Assembly: GCA_003724185.1 (NCBI GenBank)
Contig: RHGM01000004.1
Location: forward strand, 59,466-123,465
DNA: 64,000 nt
Direction: 5' to 3'
From: Porphyrobacter sp. IPPAS B-1204
GTDB taxonomy: Bacteria; Pseudomonadota; Alphaproteobacteria; Sphingomonadales; Sphingomonadaceae
Shown: positions 8,838 through 18,336 of the stretch, one piece after another
Numbering within the stretch: position 1 is the stretch's first letter
Layout of the letters: each line of letters begins with the position of its first letter
Made by a program: the position numbers and the translations under genes
The notes under the pieces: model-generated
The model's database searches: none
The model's input: only the letters and a program-made list of their open reading frames with translations
Told to the model about the DNA's origin: nothing

Positions 8838-9521
8838 TCACCCGAACCGTTCCAGAAACGCCTTGGCCGCGAGCCGTTCAGCCTCACCCTTGCTGGTGGC
8901 GGTGGCCTCGGCGCTGCCGACATTGCGGACGCTGACCTGCACGGTGAAGCGGGCGGCGTGATCGGGGCCGCTGCGGTCGGTCACCTCGTAAAGCGGGGGC
9001 GAGCGGCGATTGCCTGCGGCCCATTCCTGAAGCGCGCTTTTCGGGTGCTTGGCCTTGCCCTCGTCACCCTCCAGTTCATGCGCCCAAAGGCGGTAGATCA
9101 GGGCCTGCGCGGCGTCGAAACCGTTCTCGATGAAGCAGGCGCCGATCAGCGCCTCCATCACATCGCCGAGGATCTTGTCGCTGTCCGCCCCGCCATCGTC
9201 ACGCGCCTGTTTGCCGAGGCGGATGTGTTCGGGAAGGCCGATGTGGCGGGCAATGCGCGCACAGGTCGCCCCGCTGACGAGCGCGTTCAACCGCTGCGAA
9301 AGCTTGCCTTCGGGCGCATCGCCCGCGCGGAACAGCCACGCTGCCACCGACAGGCCCAGCACCCGGTCACCGAGGAATTCGAGCCGCTGATAATCGGCTG
9401 CAGCCACGCCCGATCCGTTGAAGCTGCCGTGGGTCAGCGCCTCAAGCCACGGGGCCTCCTTGCCGATGACGAAGCCCTGTGCCTCAAGCCATGCGCGGGT
9501 GTCTGGCGCAAGACCGGTCAC
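8838..9521 (-). CDS. rnc: ribonuclease III
   Basis: YQRLEFLGDRVLG signature, DVMEALIGA and a C-terminal dsRBD; GTG at 9521 overlaps the lepB TGA (GTGA). Confidence 0.95.
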   Translation of the reverse strand: MTGLAPDTRAWLEAQGFVIGKEAPWLEALTHGSFNGSGVAAADYQRLEFLGDRVLGLSVAAWLFRAGDAPEGKLSQRLNALVSGATCARIARHIGLPEHIRLGKQARDDGGADSDKILGDVMEALIGACFIENGFDAAQALIYRLWAHELEGDEGKAKHPKSALQEWAAGNRRSPPLYEVTDRSGPDHAARFTVQVSVRNVGSAEATATSKGEAERLAAKAFLERFG

Positions 9522-10354
9522 AGCGTTTCTCCGATCCGGCTCCAGCGTGCAGCGGAAAACCATGTCCAGGGCTTGCCCCAATCGGCGCTGCCATCGGTCG
9601 ACCAGACGATAATGCTTGCCCGGCCAACCAGCAGGTCCTGCGGCACCATGCCGACGCCGAATCCGGCTGCGGCATCGAAGCGGCTGTCCAAGGAACTGTC
9701 GCGGTTGTCGCCCATGACGAACAGCCTGCCGGGGGGCACGGTGACTTCTTCGAACCGGTCATACCCCGGCAATGCCCCCAGTTCGATCACGGTGTAGCTC
9801 TTGCCGCCGGGCAGGGTTTCGCGGAACGCAGCGTAACGGCAGGCCTCGCCTCCATCACCGCGCCGTTCGACATCGCCCGAGGCGCAGCGGGTGTTGTCCG
9901 ACATCGGCACCAGCACATCGGCCATTCTGCGGCGCGGCACAGGCACGCCGTTAAGCGCCACCTGCCCACCGATCACCGCCACCCGGTCTCCCGGCAGGCC
10001 GATCACGCGTTTGATGTATTCCACCCCGTCAACCGGGTGCTTGAAGATCACGACATCCCCGCGTTCGGGTGTGCGGGGCATCAGCCGGCCATCGGGCAGA
10101 GACAGATCGAAGGGCAGCGAATGGCGCGAGATCCCGTAAGGCCATTTGGCCGCCAGCAGATAATCGCCGGTCATCAGGCGCGGCAACATGCTCTCGGTCG
10201 GGATCGAGAAGGGGGAGAATACGAATACCCGAAAGGCCAGCACCGCCAGCAACAGCTTGACGAGAAACCAGACGAACCCGCTCCAGCTATCGCGAGCACG
10301 TGCGCCATGTGCGGCAGGCGGCTGTGCCTCAAGCGATTGGGTCTTAACATCCAT
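9518..10354 (-). CDS. lepB: signal peptidase I
   Basis: PFSIPTESM, YIKRVIGLPGD and FVMGDNRDSSLDSR motifs; ATG at 10354. Confidence 0.95.
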   Translation of the reverse strand: MDVKTQSLEAQPPAAHGARARDSWSGFVWFLVKLLLAVLAFRVFVFSPFSIPTESMLPRLMTGDYLLAAKWPYGISRHSLPFDLSLPDGRLMPRTPERGDVVIFKHPVDGVEYIKRVIGLPGDRVAVIGGQVALNGVPVPRRRMADVLVPMSDNTRCASGDVERRGDGGEACRYAAFRETLPGGKSYTVIELGALPGYDRFEEVTVPPGRLFVMGDNRDSSLDSRFDAAAGFGVGMVPQDLLVGRASIIVWSTDGSADWGKPWTWFSAARWSRIGETL

Positions 10355-10403
10355 CGCCTCTGCCCTTACTCGCAGCCGCACACATGCGTAAAGGGAAACG
10401 GCG

Positions 10404-11978
10404 ATGAGCACTTCGGGGAGCACTTCGGGCGGGGCACAGCAAGTAGCTGCGCTGGCGGATATCTGGGCTTCGTTGCGGGCGCTGGAGCAGCCGACCCTGG
10501 CCGAGCTGTTCGCCGCCGATCCGGCTCGCCCCGCCACGCTGACCCGCACCATCGGCTGGCCGGTGGCTCCGGACAGCGGGGCCGAGGCGGGCATGAGAAT
10601 CGATTTCTCCAAGACCCACCTCAGCGATGCGGCCCTTACCGCGTTCGAGGCGCTGGCCGATGCGGCAGGCTTCGGCGCGGCGCGTGATGCGCTGTTCGGC
10701 GGCGGCATCGTCAACCCGACCGAAGGCCGCGCTGCCACCCACGGCGCGCTGCGCGGCAGCGGCACGCCCGCACAGGTGGACGAGGCCGAGGCGCTGCTCA
10801 CCCGCATGGGCCTGCTGGTCGAGGCGATCCACGAAGGCGCGCTGGGCGAAGTGCGCCACTGCATCGCCATCGGCATCGGCGGATCGGCATTGGGCCCGGC
10901 GCTGGCGATCGACGCGCTGACCCGCGATCTGGCGCTGGTCGATGTGCACGTGGTGTCGAATATTGACGGGCTGGCGCTGGAACAGGCCTTCCGCGCCTGC
11001 GATCCGGAAACGACGCTGATCGCGGTCGCTTCCAAGACCTTCACCACCATCGAGACAATGACCAACGCCGCCAGTGCGTTGAAGTGGCTGGCCGATAATG
11101 GCGTGGAAGACCCCGGCGGGCGGGTGGTCGCGCTGACCGCTTCGCCGGAAAAGGCGGTGGAATGGGGCGTTGATGAAACCCGCGTGCTGCCTTTTGTCGA
11201 AAGCGTTGGCGGGCGCTATTCGCTGTTCTCCAGCATCGGCTTTCCGGTCGCGCTGGCGATCGGGATGGACGAATTTCGGGCGATGCTGGCCGGGGCCAAG
11301 GCGGTCGATGATCACTTCCGCGCCGAGGAGGGCCGCGCCAACGCCCCGCTGCTCGCGGCATTCTGCGACCAATATTACACGCGCCTGCGCGGCTGCCAGA
11401 CCCGTGCGGTCTTCGCCTATGACGAGCGGCTGGCGCTGCTGCCGGACTATCTCCAGCAGCTCGAAATGGAATCGAACGGCAAGAGCGTGACGGTGAGCGG
11501 CGCTCCGGTTGACGGGCCGACCGCGGCGATCACGTGGGGCGGGGTGGGCACTGATGCGCAGCACGCCGTGTTCCAGTTGCTGCACCAGGGCACGCACCTG
11601 ATCCCGGTCGATTTTCTGGTCAGCATCGCGCCGGGCGACGCGCTGGATCCGGCGCATCACCGTATCCTTCTGATGAACTGCCTCGCTCAGGGTGCGGCGC
11701 TGATGGCGGGCAAGCCGTCGGACGATCCGGCGCGTGCCTATGCCGGCGACCGGCCTTCCACCACCTTCCTGCTCGACGATTGCGACGCGGCGGCGCTGGG
11801 CGCGCTGATCGCGTTTCACGAACACCGCACCTTTGCCAATGCCGTGCTGATGGGGATCAACCCCTTCGACCAGTTCGGCGTGGAGCTGGGCAAGGCCATC
11901 GCCAAGCAGATCGAATCTGGCGAGGGTACCTTTGATCCGAGCACGCGGGCGCTGATGGCTGCGGCAGGACTGGGGTGA
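10404..11978 (+). CDS. pgi: glucose-6-phosphate isomerase
   Basis: IGIGGSALG, VASKTFTTIET, VGGRYSL, LQQLEMESNGK and NPFDQFGVELGK motifs. Confidence 0.96.
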   Translation: MSTSGSTSGGAQQVAALADIWASLRALEQPTLAELFAADPARPATLTRTIGWPVAPDSGAEAGMRIDFSKTHLSDAALTAFEALADAAGFGAARDALFGGGIVNPTEGRAATHGALRGSGTPAQVDEAEALLTRMGLLVEAIHEGALGEVRHCIAIGIGGSALGPALAIDALTRDLALVDVHVVSNIDGLALEQAFRACDPETTLIAVASKTFTTIETMTNAASALKWLADNGVEDPGGRVVALTASPEKAVEWGVDETRVLPFVESVGGRYSLFSSIGFPVALAIGMDEFRAMLAGAKAVDDHFRAEEGRANAPLLAAFCDQYYTRLRGCQTRAVFAYDERLALLPDYLQQLEMESNGKSVTVSGAPVDGPTAAITWGGVGTDAQHAVFQLLHQGTHLIPVDFLVSIAPGDALDPAHHRILLMNCLAQGAALMAGKPSDDPARAYAGDRPSTTFLLDDCDAAALGALIAFHEHRTFANAVLMGINPFDQFGVELGKAIAKQIESGEGTFDPSTRALMAAAGLG

Positions 11979-12228
11979 GGCAAAGCTGATGCAGAATCAT
12001 CACAGACCGAGGCAGGCATTGCGCCGCCGGGTTGTGATATTCTGCGTGCCTGTTGCAAAAATTCACTGTTCAGCAATATTTCTGTAACAGCTGGCGCGGG
12101 CTTGTAACAATCTGCTGATTTGAACGGGTCGTCGCGTTCGAATTGCACACCTGCTGTAATATCGTATTCTTGCAGTCATCTGGCGTTAACAAAAAACGCC
12201 GCCCCCTGATGATCGGCAAGGCCTTACC

Positions 12229-12627
12229 ATGAAATCTGCTATCGTTCTGTCCGCCGTTGCCGCACTTGGCGTGCTTTCAGCCCCCGTTTTTGCGCAGCAG
12301 CAGGCCCAGAATGACGGTACCGCCCGGTCAAAGGTCAAGCCGGCGCGGCTGATCGAATTCACCGGTGACCGGGAGTTCCTCAAGGAATCCTCCCGCCTGC
12401 GTGTGTGGCGCGGCGAGGTGGGTTACACCCTTGCGGTCGATGCCGCCGGCACACCGGTCGATTGCGAACTGACCGAAGAATTCCGCATGAACTACGTCAA
12501 TGACAAGCTGTGTGAGGTGCTGATGAAGCACCACAGCTTTGAACCCGCCAAGGACGACAGCGGCGCGCCGGTGGAAGGCAGCTACGAAGGCCGGCTCAAC
12601 TACATGGAAATGCGCGCCAAGGATTGA
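12229..12627 (+). CDS. exported protein with a TonB C-terminal-like domain
   Basis: Signal peptide (..APVFA|QQ) followed by YTLAVDAAGTPVDC...C...FEPAKDDSGAPVEG, a TonB_C-like pattern. Confidence 0.65.
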   Translation: MKSAIVLSAVAALGVLSAPVFAQQQAQNDGTARSKVKPARLIEFTGDREFLKESSRLRVWRGEVGYTLAVDAAGTPVDCELTEEFRMNYVNDKLCEVLMKHHSFEPAKDDSGAPVEGSYEGRLNYMEMRAKD

Positions 12628-12690
12628 CCGTTTGGCGGAACTGTGATGTATTTCAGTCGTTTCCATGATCGCAGAATGGAAGGGACTGAA

Positions 12691-13125
12691 ATGACGCCGA
12701 CCTCGCTCAAGCGCATTGCAATAGGTGCCGCAGCGCCAATCGCTCTGGTAGCGGCAAGCCCCCTGTCCGCCGAAACAGCGGTGCCGATGTCGGCAAGTTT
12801 CAACCCGTCGGCCGGCACCGTGGCCGATGTCGCTCAGTCCCCCCAGCTCACGTCCATCAACTACGTGCGGCTCTACCGCCGGTTGGTGCAGGCCGGTATG
12901 GTTTCGCAGGTTCTGGGGTACAGTCTGACTGTCGATGCCGATGGCAAGCCGGTGGGTTGCAGCTTCTCACGCGACTTCCGGATGCTCGCCACAGAGCGCG
13001 AGGTTTGCCGGTCGTTTATCCGCTCTGTCACCTTCGAACCCGCGCGCGATGCACAGGGAAATCCGGTGGCCGGCACCTATGGTGGCGAGATCGAAATCGC
13101 GTCTTTCTTTCAGCCGAGCCGATAA
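12691..13125 (+). CDS. exported protein with a TonB C-terminal-like domain (paralogue of the upstream gene)
   Basis: Signal peptide followed by YSLTVDADGKPVGC...C...FEPARDAQGNPVAG; ATG at 12691 preferred. Confidence 0.65.
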   Translation: MTPTSLKRIAIGAAAPIALVAASPLSAETAVPMSASFNPSAGTVADVAQSPQLTSINYVRLYRRLVQAGMVSQVLGYSLTVDADGKPVGCSFSRDFRMLATEREVCRSFIRSVTFEPARDAQGNPVAGTYGGEIEIASFFQPSR

Positions 13126-13361
13126 TCCTTTGACTTTTTCGCGTTGAGCGCCCATCTGGCGCCCTATCGAAGCGCGCTAGCCATGCGTGAAGCGGCGGAC
13201 CTCTGACAATATCCGCCCCGGCCGCACTTCGGTTCTACCCCCAAGACTTCCCTTTTCACGCGGGCGGTTTCAACCCCCGCGCCGCGCGTGGCGTGCCCGT
13301 GAACGTTTGGCGTTTGGGCAGCCCAGCGCGCGTCGCAGATTATTTGCGAGTTTTTTTTCAT

Positions 13362-14891
13362 ATGACGACTTTTGCTGACCTCGGGCTGTCGCAGCCCGTG
13401 CTCCAGGCTCTTGACCTCAAGGGCTATTCCACCCCGACCCCGATTCAGGAACAGGCGATCCCCGCCGTTCTGAAGGGCCGTGATCTGCTCGGCATCGCGC
13501 AGACCGGCACCGGCAAGACGGCTGCTTTCATGCTTCCCAGCATTGACCGGCTGCGCGAAGCCGACAAGCAGATCCCGTTCAAGTCCTGCCGCATGCTGGT
13601 GCTGGCCCCGACCCGCGAGTTGGCGGTGCAGATTGCCGACAGCGCCAAGGATTACGGCGCGCTCGCCGGCCTGAAGGTGCAATGCATTGTCGGCGGCACC
13701 AGCGTGGGCAAGGATCGCAACAAGCTCCACCGTGGCACCGATATCCTCGTCGCCACGCCGGGCCGCCTGCTCGACCTGATCGACCAGAAGGCGCTGAACC
13801 TCGCCGGGATCGAGATCCTGGTGCTGGACGAGGCTGACCAGATGCTCGACCTCGGCTTCATTCACGCGCTGCGCAAGATCCGCGAACTGGCGCCCAAGGA
13901 TCGCCAGACGCTGTTCTTCAGCGCCACCATGCCCAAGGCGATCAAGGAACTGGTGAGCGGGTTCTGCAACAACCCCGTGCAGGTTTCGGTCACACCCGAA
14001 AGCACCACCGCCGAACGGATCGACCAGTACCTGTTCATGGTGCAGCAGGACGAAAAGCTCGCCTTGCTCGAAATGATCCTCAAGGGCCGTCACACCGTGC
14101 CCGGTTCGATTGAACGCGTGCTGATCTTCACCCGCACCAAGCATGGCGCGGACCGCGTGGTGAAGAAGCTGGAGCAGGCGGGCATCCCCGCAAACGCGAT
14201 CCACGGCAACAAGTCGCAGCCGCAGCGCCAGCGCGCTCTGGATGAATTCCGCAAGGCCCGCGTGCCGGTGCTGATCGCCACAGACGTTGCCGCGCGCGGG
14301 ATCGACATTCCGGGCGTTTCCCACGTGATCAATTACGAACTGCCCAACGTGCCGGAACAATATGTCCACCGCATCGGTCGCACCGCGCGTGCAGGCAAGA
14401 GCGGGATCGCGATTGCCTTCTGTGCCGAGGACGAACGCGCATATCTGAAGGACATCCGCAAGGTGACCGGCGCGGAGCTTGAGCGTCTGCCCCTGCCGGA
14501 CAATTTCCGCGCCGTGGTGGAGGGCGAAGGCCCGACCAAGCCTGCCGCCCGCGTGCCGATGAAGCGCGTCAATCCGCGCCCGCTTGGCCAGCGCCCGCAA
14601 GGTGATCGCAAGCCGCAGGGCGATAACCGTGGCGAGCGTCGCCCGCAGCAGGGCGAACCGCGCCGCGCTGAAGGCGAACGCCGTCCGGCACCTCAGGGCG
14701 AACGTCGTCCGCAGGGCGATCGCAAGCCGCAGCAGGCGCATGGTCAGGCCCGTCCCGGCGGGAATGGTGGCGGCGGTGATCGCCGTCAGCCCGGCGGCGG
14801 TAGTCGTCCCGGTGGCAACGGCGGCGGCGGTCGCGGTCGTGGTCGCCCCGGCGGCGGTGGGGGCGGTCGTCCCCGCGCTGCCAGCGTCTGA
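13362..14891 (+). CDS. DEAD-box RNA helicase (RhlE-like)
   Basis: Q motif, AQTGTGKT, PTRELA, DEAD, SAT, ARGID and HRIGRTAR motifs; Arg/Gly/Gln-rich tail; ATG at 13362. Confidence 0.95.
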   Translation: MTTFADLGLSQPVLQALDLKGYSTPTPIQEQAIPAVLKGRDLLGIAQTGTGKTAAFMLPSIDRLREADKQIPFKSCRMLVLAPTRELAVQIADSAKDYGALAGLKVQCIVGGTSVGKDRNKLHRGTDILVATPGRLLDLIDQKALNLAGIEILVLDEADQMLDLGFIHALRKIRELAPKDRQTLFFSATMPKAIKELVSGFCNNPVQVSVTPESTTAERIDQYLFMVQQDEKLALLEMILKGRHTVPGSIERVLIFTRTKHGADRVVKKLEQAGIPANAIHGNKSQPQRQRALDEFRKARVPVLIATDVAARGIDIPGVSHVINYELPNVPEQYVHRIGRTARAGKSGIAIAFCAEDERAYLKDIRKVTGAELERLPLPDNFRAVVEGEGPTKPAARVPMKRVNPRPLGQRPQGDRKPQGDNRGERRPQQGEPRRAEGERRPAPQGERRPQGDRKPQQAHGQARPGGNGGGGDRRQPGGGSRPGGNGGGGRGRGRPGGGGGGRPRAASV

Positions 14892-14916
14892 CCGGTAACA
14901 CATCAAGGATCATCGG

Positions 14917-14943
14917 GGCGGGGGCCACAAACCCCCGCCTTTT
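14917..14943 (+). terminator. intrinsic terminator
   Basis: GGCGGGGG-CCACAAA-CCCCCGCC-TTTT downstream of the helicase. Confidence 0.8.
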
Positions 14944-15033
14944 CCTTGTCTGAAAACACCCTTTTCACGCCAGCACGGTTGTCGCCCCCGCTGCGCGCCG
15001 CCATATGCGTCCCCGACACGACGGGAGCGAATA

Positions 15034-16386
15034 ATGGCCGACGCATACGACTTTGACCTCTTCACCATCGGCGCGGGTTCGGGCGGCGTGCGCGCCAGCC
15101 GGGTCGCCGCCGCGCATGGCGCGCGGGTCGCGGTGGCGGAAGAATACCGCGTCGGCGGCACCTGCGTGATCCGCGGCTGCGTGCCCAAGAAGATGCTGGT
15201 CTACGGCGCGCACTTCGCCGAGGATCTGGTTGATGCCGAGCATTTCGGCTGGACGATTGGCGAAAAGAGCTTCGACTGGGTGAAGCTGCGCGATCATGTC
15301 CAGAACGATGTGACCCGTCTGGAAGGGCTCTATGGTCAGACCCTCTCCAACCATGATGTAACCGTGTTCAACGAACGCGCCGTCATCACCGGCGATCACC
15401 AGATCACGCTGGCCAGCGGCAAGGTGGTCACTGCTGCACACATCCTGATCGCCACCGGCGCGCGACCCTTCGTTCCGCAGTTCCCCGGCAGCGAGCACGT
15501 CATCACCTCGAACGAGGCGTTCCATCTGGACGCCCTGCCGCGCCGCATCCTGATCGCGGGCGGTGGCTACATCGCCAATGAATTTGCAGGCATCTTCAAC
15601 GAATTCGGCTGCAAAGTGACGATTGCCAACCGTTCCGACACGATCCTGCGCAGCTATGACGCCAGCGTGCGCGACCGGCTGCTGCAAATCTCGATGGTCA
15701 AGGGCATCGCCTTCCTGTTCCACGCCGAGTTCGAGAGTATCGAAAAGCAGGACGATGGCACCTTGCTGGTCAAGCTGACCGGGCAGGATCCTTGCGAATA
15801 TGACGCGGTCATGGTCGCCACCGGGCGTGTGCCGAATGTCGAAGGGCTCGGGCTGGAGACGATCGGGGTCGACATCGGGCAGCGCGGCGAGATTGTGGTC
15901 GACGCCTTCAGCCGCACCAATGTGCCCTATGTCTATGCCGTGGGCGATGTCACCGACCGCGTGCAGCTCACCCCCGTTGCTATCCGCGAAGGCCAGGCCT
16001 TTGCCGATTCCGTGTTCGGCAATTGCGAGCCCTACGCGGTTGACCATTCCTGCGTGCCCAGCGCGGTGTTCAGCCACCCGCCCATCGCCGCTGTCGGCAT
16101 GACCGAGGGCGAGGCACGCAACCAGCTTGGCAACGTCAAGGTCTATCAGGCCGATTTCCGCCCGATGAAGAACGTGGTGGCGGGCCGGAACGAACGCAGC
16201 CTTTACAAGATGGTCGTCGATGCCGCGAATGACCGGATCGTGGGCATCCACATGATCGGCCCCGAAGCGCCCGAGATCATGCAGGCCGCCGCCATTGCGG
16301 TGAAGGCGGGCCTGACCAAGGCCGATTTCGACGCGACGGTTGCGATCCACCCGACAATGGCCGAGGAGTTGGTGCTGTTCAAATAG
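15034..16386 (+). CDS. gor: glutathione reductase
   Basis: GGTCVIRGCVPKK redox disulfide, GGGYIANEFAG and C-terminal HPTMAEE motifs. Confidence 0.95.
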   Translation: MADAYDFDLFTIGAGSGGVRASRVAAAHGARVAVAEEYRVGGTCVIRGCVPKKMLVYGAHFAEDLVDAEHFGWTIGEKSFDWVKLRDHVQNDVTRLEGLYGQTLSNHDVTVFNERAVITGDHQITLASGKVVTAAHILIATGARPFVPQFPGSEHVITSNEAFHLDALPRRILIAGGGYIANEFAGIFNEFGCKVTIANRSDTILRSYDASVRDRLLQISMVKGIAFLFHAEFESIEKQDDGTLLVKLTGQDPCEYDAVMVATGRVPNVEGLGLETIGVDIGQRGEIVVDAFSRTNVPYVYAVGDVTDRVQLTPVAIREGQAFADSVFGNCEPYAVDHSCVPSAVFSHPPIAAVGMTEGEARNQLGNVKVYQADFRPMKNVVAGRNERSLYKMVVDAANDRIVGIHMIGPEAPEIMQAAAIAVKAGLTKADFDATVAIHPTMAEELVLFK

Positions 16387-16414
16387 CGGGCAGGCCGCGA
16401 ACGGGGGATTTGCA

Positions 16415-17137
16415 ATGGATGTGATGGGCAAGACAGTGCTGCTGACAGGCGGCAGCGCCGGGATCGGTCGCGAAATCGCCCGCCAGCTTCAGGCCAAGGG
16501 CGCGGCCGTGATCCTGACAGGCCGCGATCCTGCACGCCTGGCGGCAATGCGCGCCGAGGGGTTCGAGGTCCTGGCCGCCGATCTGTCGAACGCCGCCGGG
16601 GTCGATGCGCTGGTGGAGGCTTTGGGTGATCGCAGCGTCGATATCCTCATCAACAATGCCGGCCAGCTGATCGAGCATGATTTCCGGAAAGGTGCCCCCG
16701 ATGCCGATGCAGCGGATGAAGGCATCTATGCCAATCTCACCGCGCCGATCCGGCTGATCACCGCGCTCGTCCCGCGCTTGCGTGACCGCCCTCAGGCCGC
16801 CATCGTCAATGTCACCAGCGGCCTCGCCATTGCGCCTGCTGCGCGTCAGCCGGTCTATTGCGCCACCAAGGCGGGGCTGCGGTTCTACACTTTGGCCCTG
16901 CGCGAACAGCTCAAGCGCACATCGGTCAAGGTGATCGAAGCGCTGCCGCCTGTGGTCGACACCCAGATGAATGACGGCAATCCGATGAAGAAGATGCCGG
17001 CAGAGGAATGCGCCCGGCAGATCATCGAAGCCATCGAGCGCGGGCGGGACGAGGCCAATATCGGCATGACCCGGACATTGCGGATCGTCGAATCGATGGC
17101 CCCATCGCTGGCGCGGCGGATGACCTTGCGGTTCTGA
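16415..17137 (+). CDS. short-chain dehydrogenase/reductase
   Basis: TGGSAGIG, NNAG and YCATK motifs. Confidence 0.9.
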   Translation: MDVMGKTVLLTGGSAGIGREIARQLQAKGAAVILTGRDPARLAAMRAEGFEVLAADLSNAAGVDALVEALGDRSVDILINNAGQLIEHDFRKGAPDADAADEGIYANLTAPIRLITALVPRLRDRPQAAIVNVTSGLAIAPAARQPVYCATKAGLRFYTLALREQLKRTSVKVIEALPPVVDTQMNDGNPMKKMPAEECARQIIEAIERGRDEANIGMTRTLRIVESMAPSLARRMTLRF

Positions 17138-17138
17138 T

Positions 17139-18242
17139 CTAGGCGCCGAAGCGCACGGGCGAAAAGGTTTCGAAACTGAGGCCCGCGCCCGCGCAATCAT
17201 CGGGGAAACGCAGGCCAAGCGCCGCTGCTGCAGCGATGCGCGACAAGGCAGGCGCCGTCTGGAACCCCGCGCCGCCTTGGCCGGCACACCACACGAAACC
17301 CGGTGCATCGCCCGCATGGCCGATCACCGGAACTTCGTCGGACACAAAGCTTCTGAGGCCTGCCCAGCTGTGGGCAACACGGCGGATGGCAAGCGAGGTG
17401 GCCTGTTCCACCCGGTCTGCGGCGATGGCGATGTCGAGCTCCTCCGGCGCGGCATCGCAGGGAACGGACGGGGTCTGATCCATCGATGATGCGAGGATTT
17501 GTCCCCGGCCCTCGGGCAGGAGGTAGAACCCTTCGCCAACGGTCTTGGTGAAGGGCCAGCCATGCACATCCTCGCCATCCGGTGCGGCAAAGCTGATCAC
17601 GGTGCGGCGGCGAGGCTGAAGGCCAACGGGGGTGACACCCGCCATCTGCGCCACCACATCCGCCCAGGCGCCCGCGGCGTTGACGATGATCGGGGCGGCA
17701 TAGTCGCCCGCGCCGGTTGCAACCCGCCAATCGCCGCCCTCCTGTGCAATCGCCGTAACCCGTGCGCCTGTCACCAGCGTGCCGCCGGCCGCCTTCAGCG
17801 CCGCCGCATGGGCCTGCAACATCGCGTTGGTGTCCAGTTTCAGCGATCCGTGATCGACCAGCGCCGCCGCGCATGCCTCGGGGCGCAGCACCAGCAACAG
17901 CGCGCGGGCCTCGTCCGGCTTGATGCGTGCATAATCGCAGCCGAAATGGCGGTGCACATCCTCCAGCGCGTCCAGCTCGCCCACTTGTGCGGCGTTGGCG
18001 ATATGCAGCGCCGGGTGCACCGTCCCGTGCGCCGCCAGCTCTGCGATGCTCAGCGCGGTCAGTGTGCGCACCACTGTCTCGCCCAGCCCGTAATGCGCAA
18101 AGGCGACGCTGCGTCCCGACGAATGGTATCCGGGCGCGCTTTCGCCCTCCAGCACCACTACCCGCGCATGGGTCGCGATCCGCGCCGACACGCTCAGCCC
18201 TGCGATCCCGCCGCCGATCACCACCACGTCTGCCCGATGCAT
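17139..18242 (-). CDS. FAD-dependent oxidoreductase (DAO/glycine oxidase family)
   Basis: VVVIGGGIAG, VNAAGAWAD, WAGLRSF and GQGGAGFQTAP motifs. Confidence 0.88.
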   Translation of the reverse strand: MHRADVVVIGGGIAGLSVSARIATHARVVVLEGESAPGYHSSGRSVAFAHYGLGETVVRTLTALSIAELAAHGTVHPALHIANAAQVGELDALEDVHRHFGCDYARIKPDEARALLLVLRPEACAAALVDHGSLKLDTNAMLQAHAAALKAAGGTLVTGARVTAIAQEGGDWRVATGAGDYAAPIIVNAAGAWADVVAQMAGVTPVGLQPRRRTVISFAAPDGEDVHGWPFTKTVGEGFYLLPEGRGQILASSMDQTPSVPCDAAPEELDIAIAADRVEQATSLAIRRVAHSWAGLRSFVSDEVPVIGHAGDAPGFVWCAGQGGAGFQTAPALSRIAAAAALGLRFPDDCAGAGLSFETFSPVRFGA

Positions 18243-18336
18243 CGCCATCCTCGTTCCGACCGCCATTTTTGCCACGTTGACGCTTGCAGCGCGCTAAGGC
18301 AACGCATCTGGCAAAGCCAATGAGAGAGGAAGTCCA

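Noticed and set aside
18268-18315. PccR-like TTTGCAAA sites upstream of pccB (TTTGCCA ... TGGCAAA)
   Set aside because: Each half has a mismatch and the spacing (34 nt) does not match the short-spaced repeat I recall for that regulator. Too weak to call.
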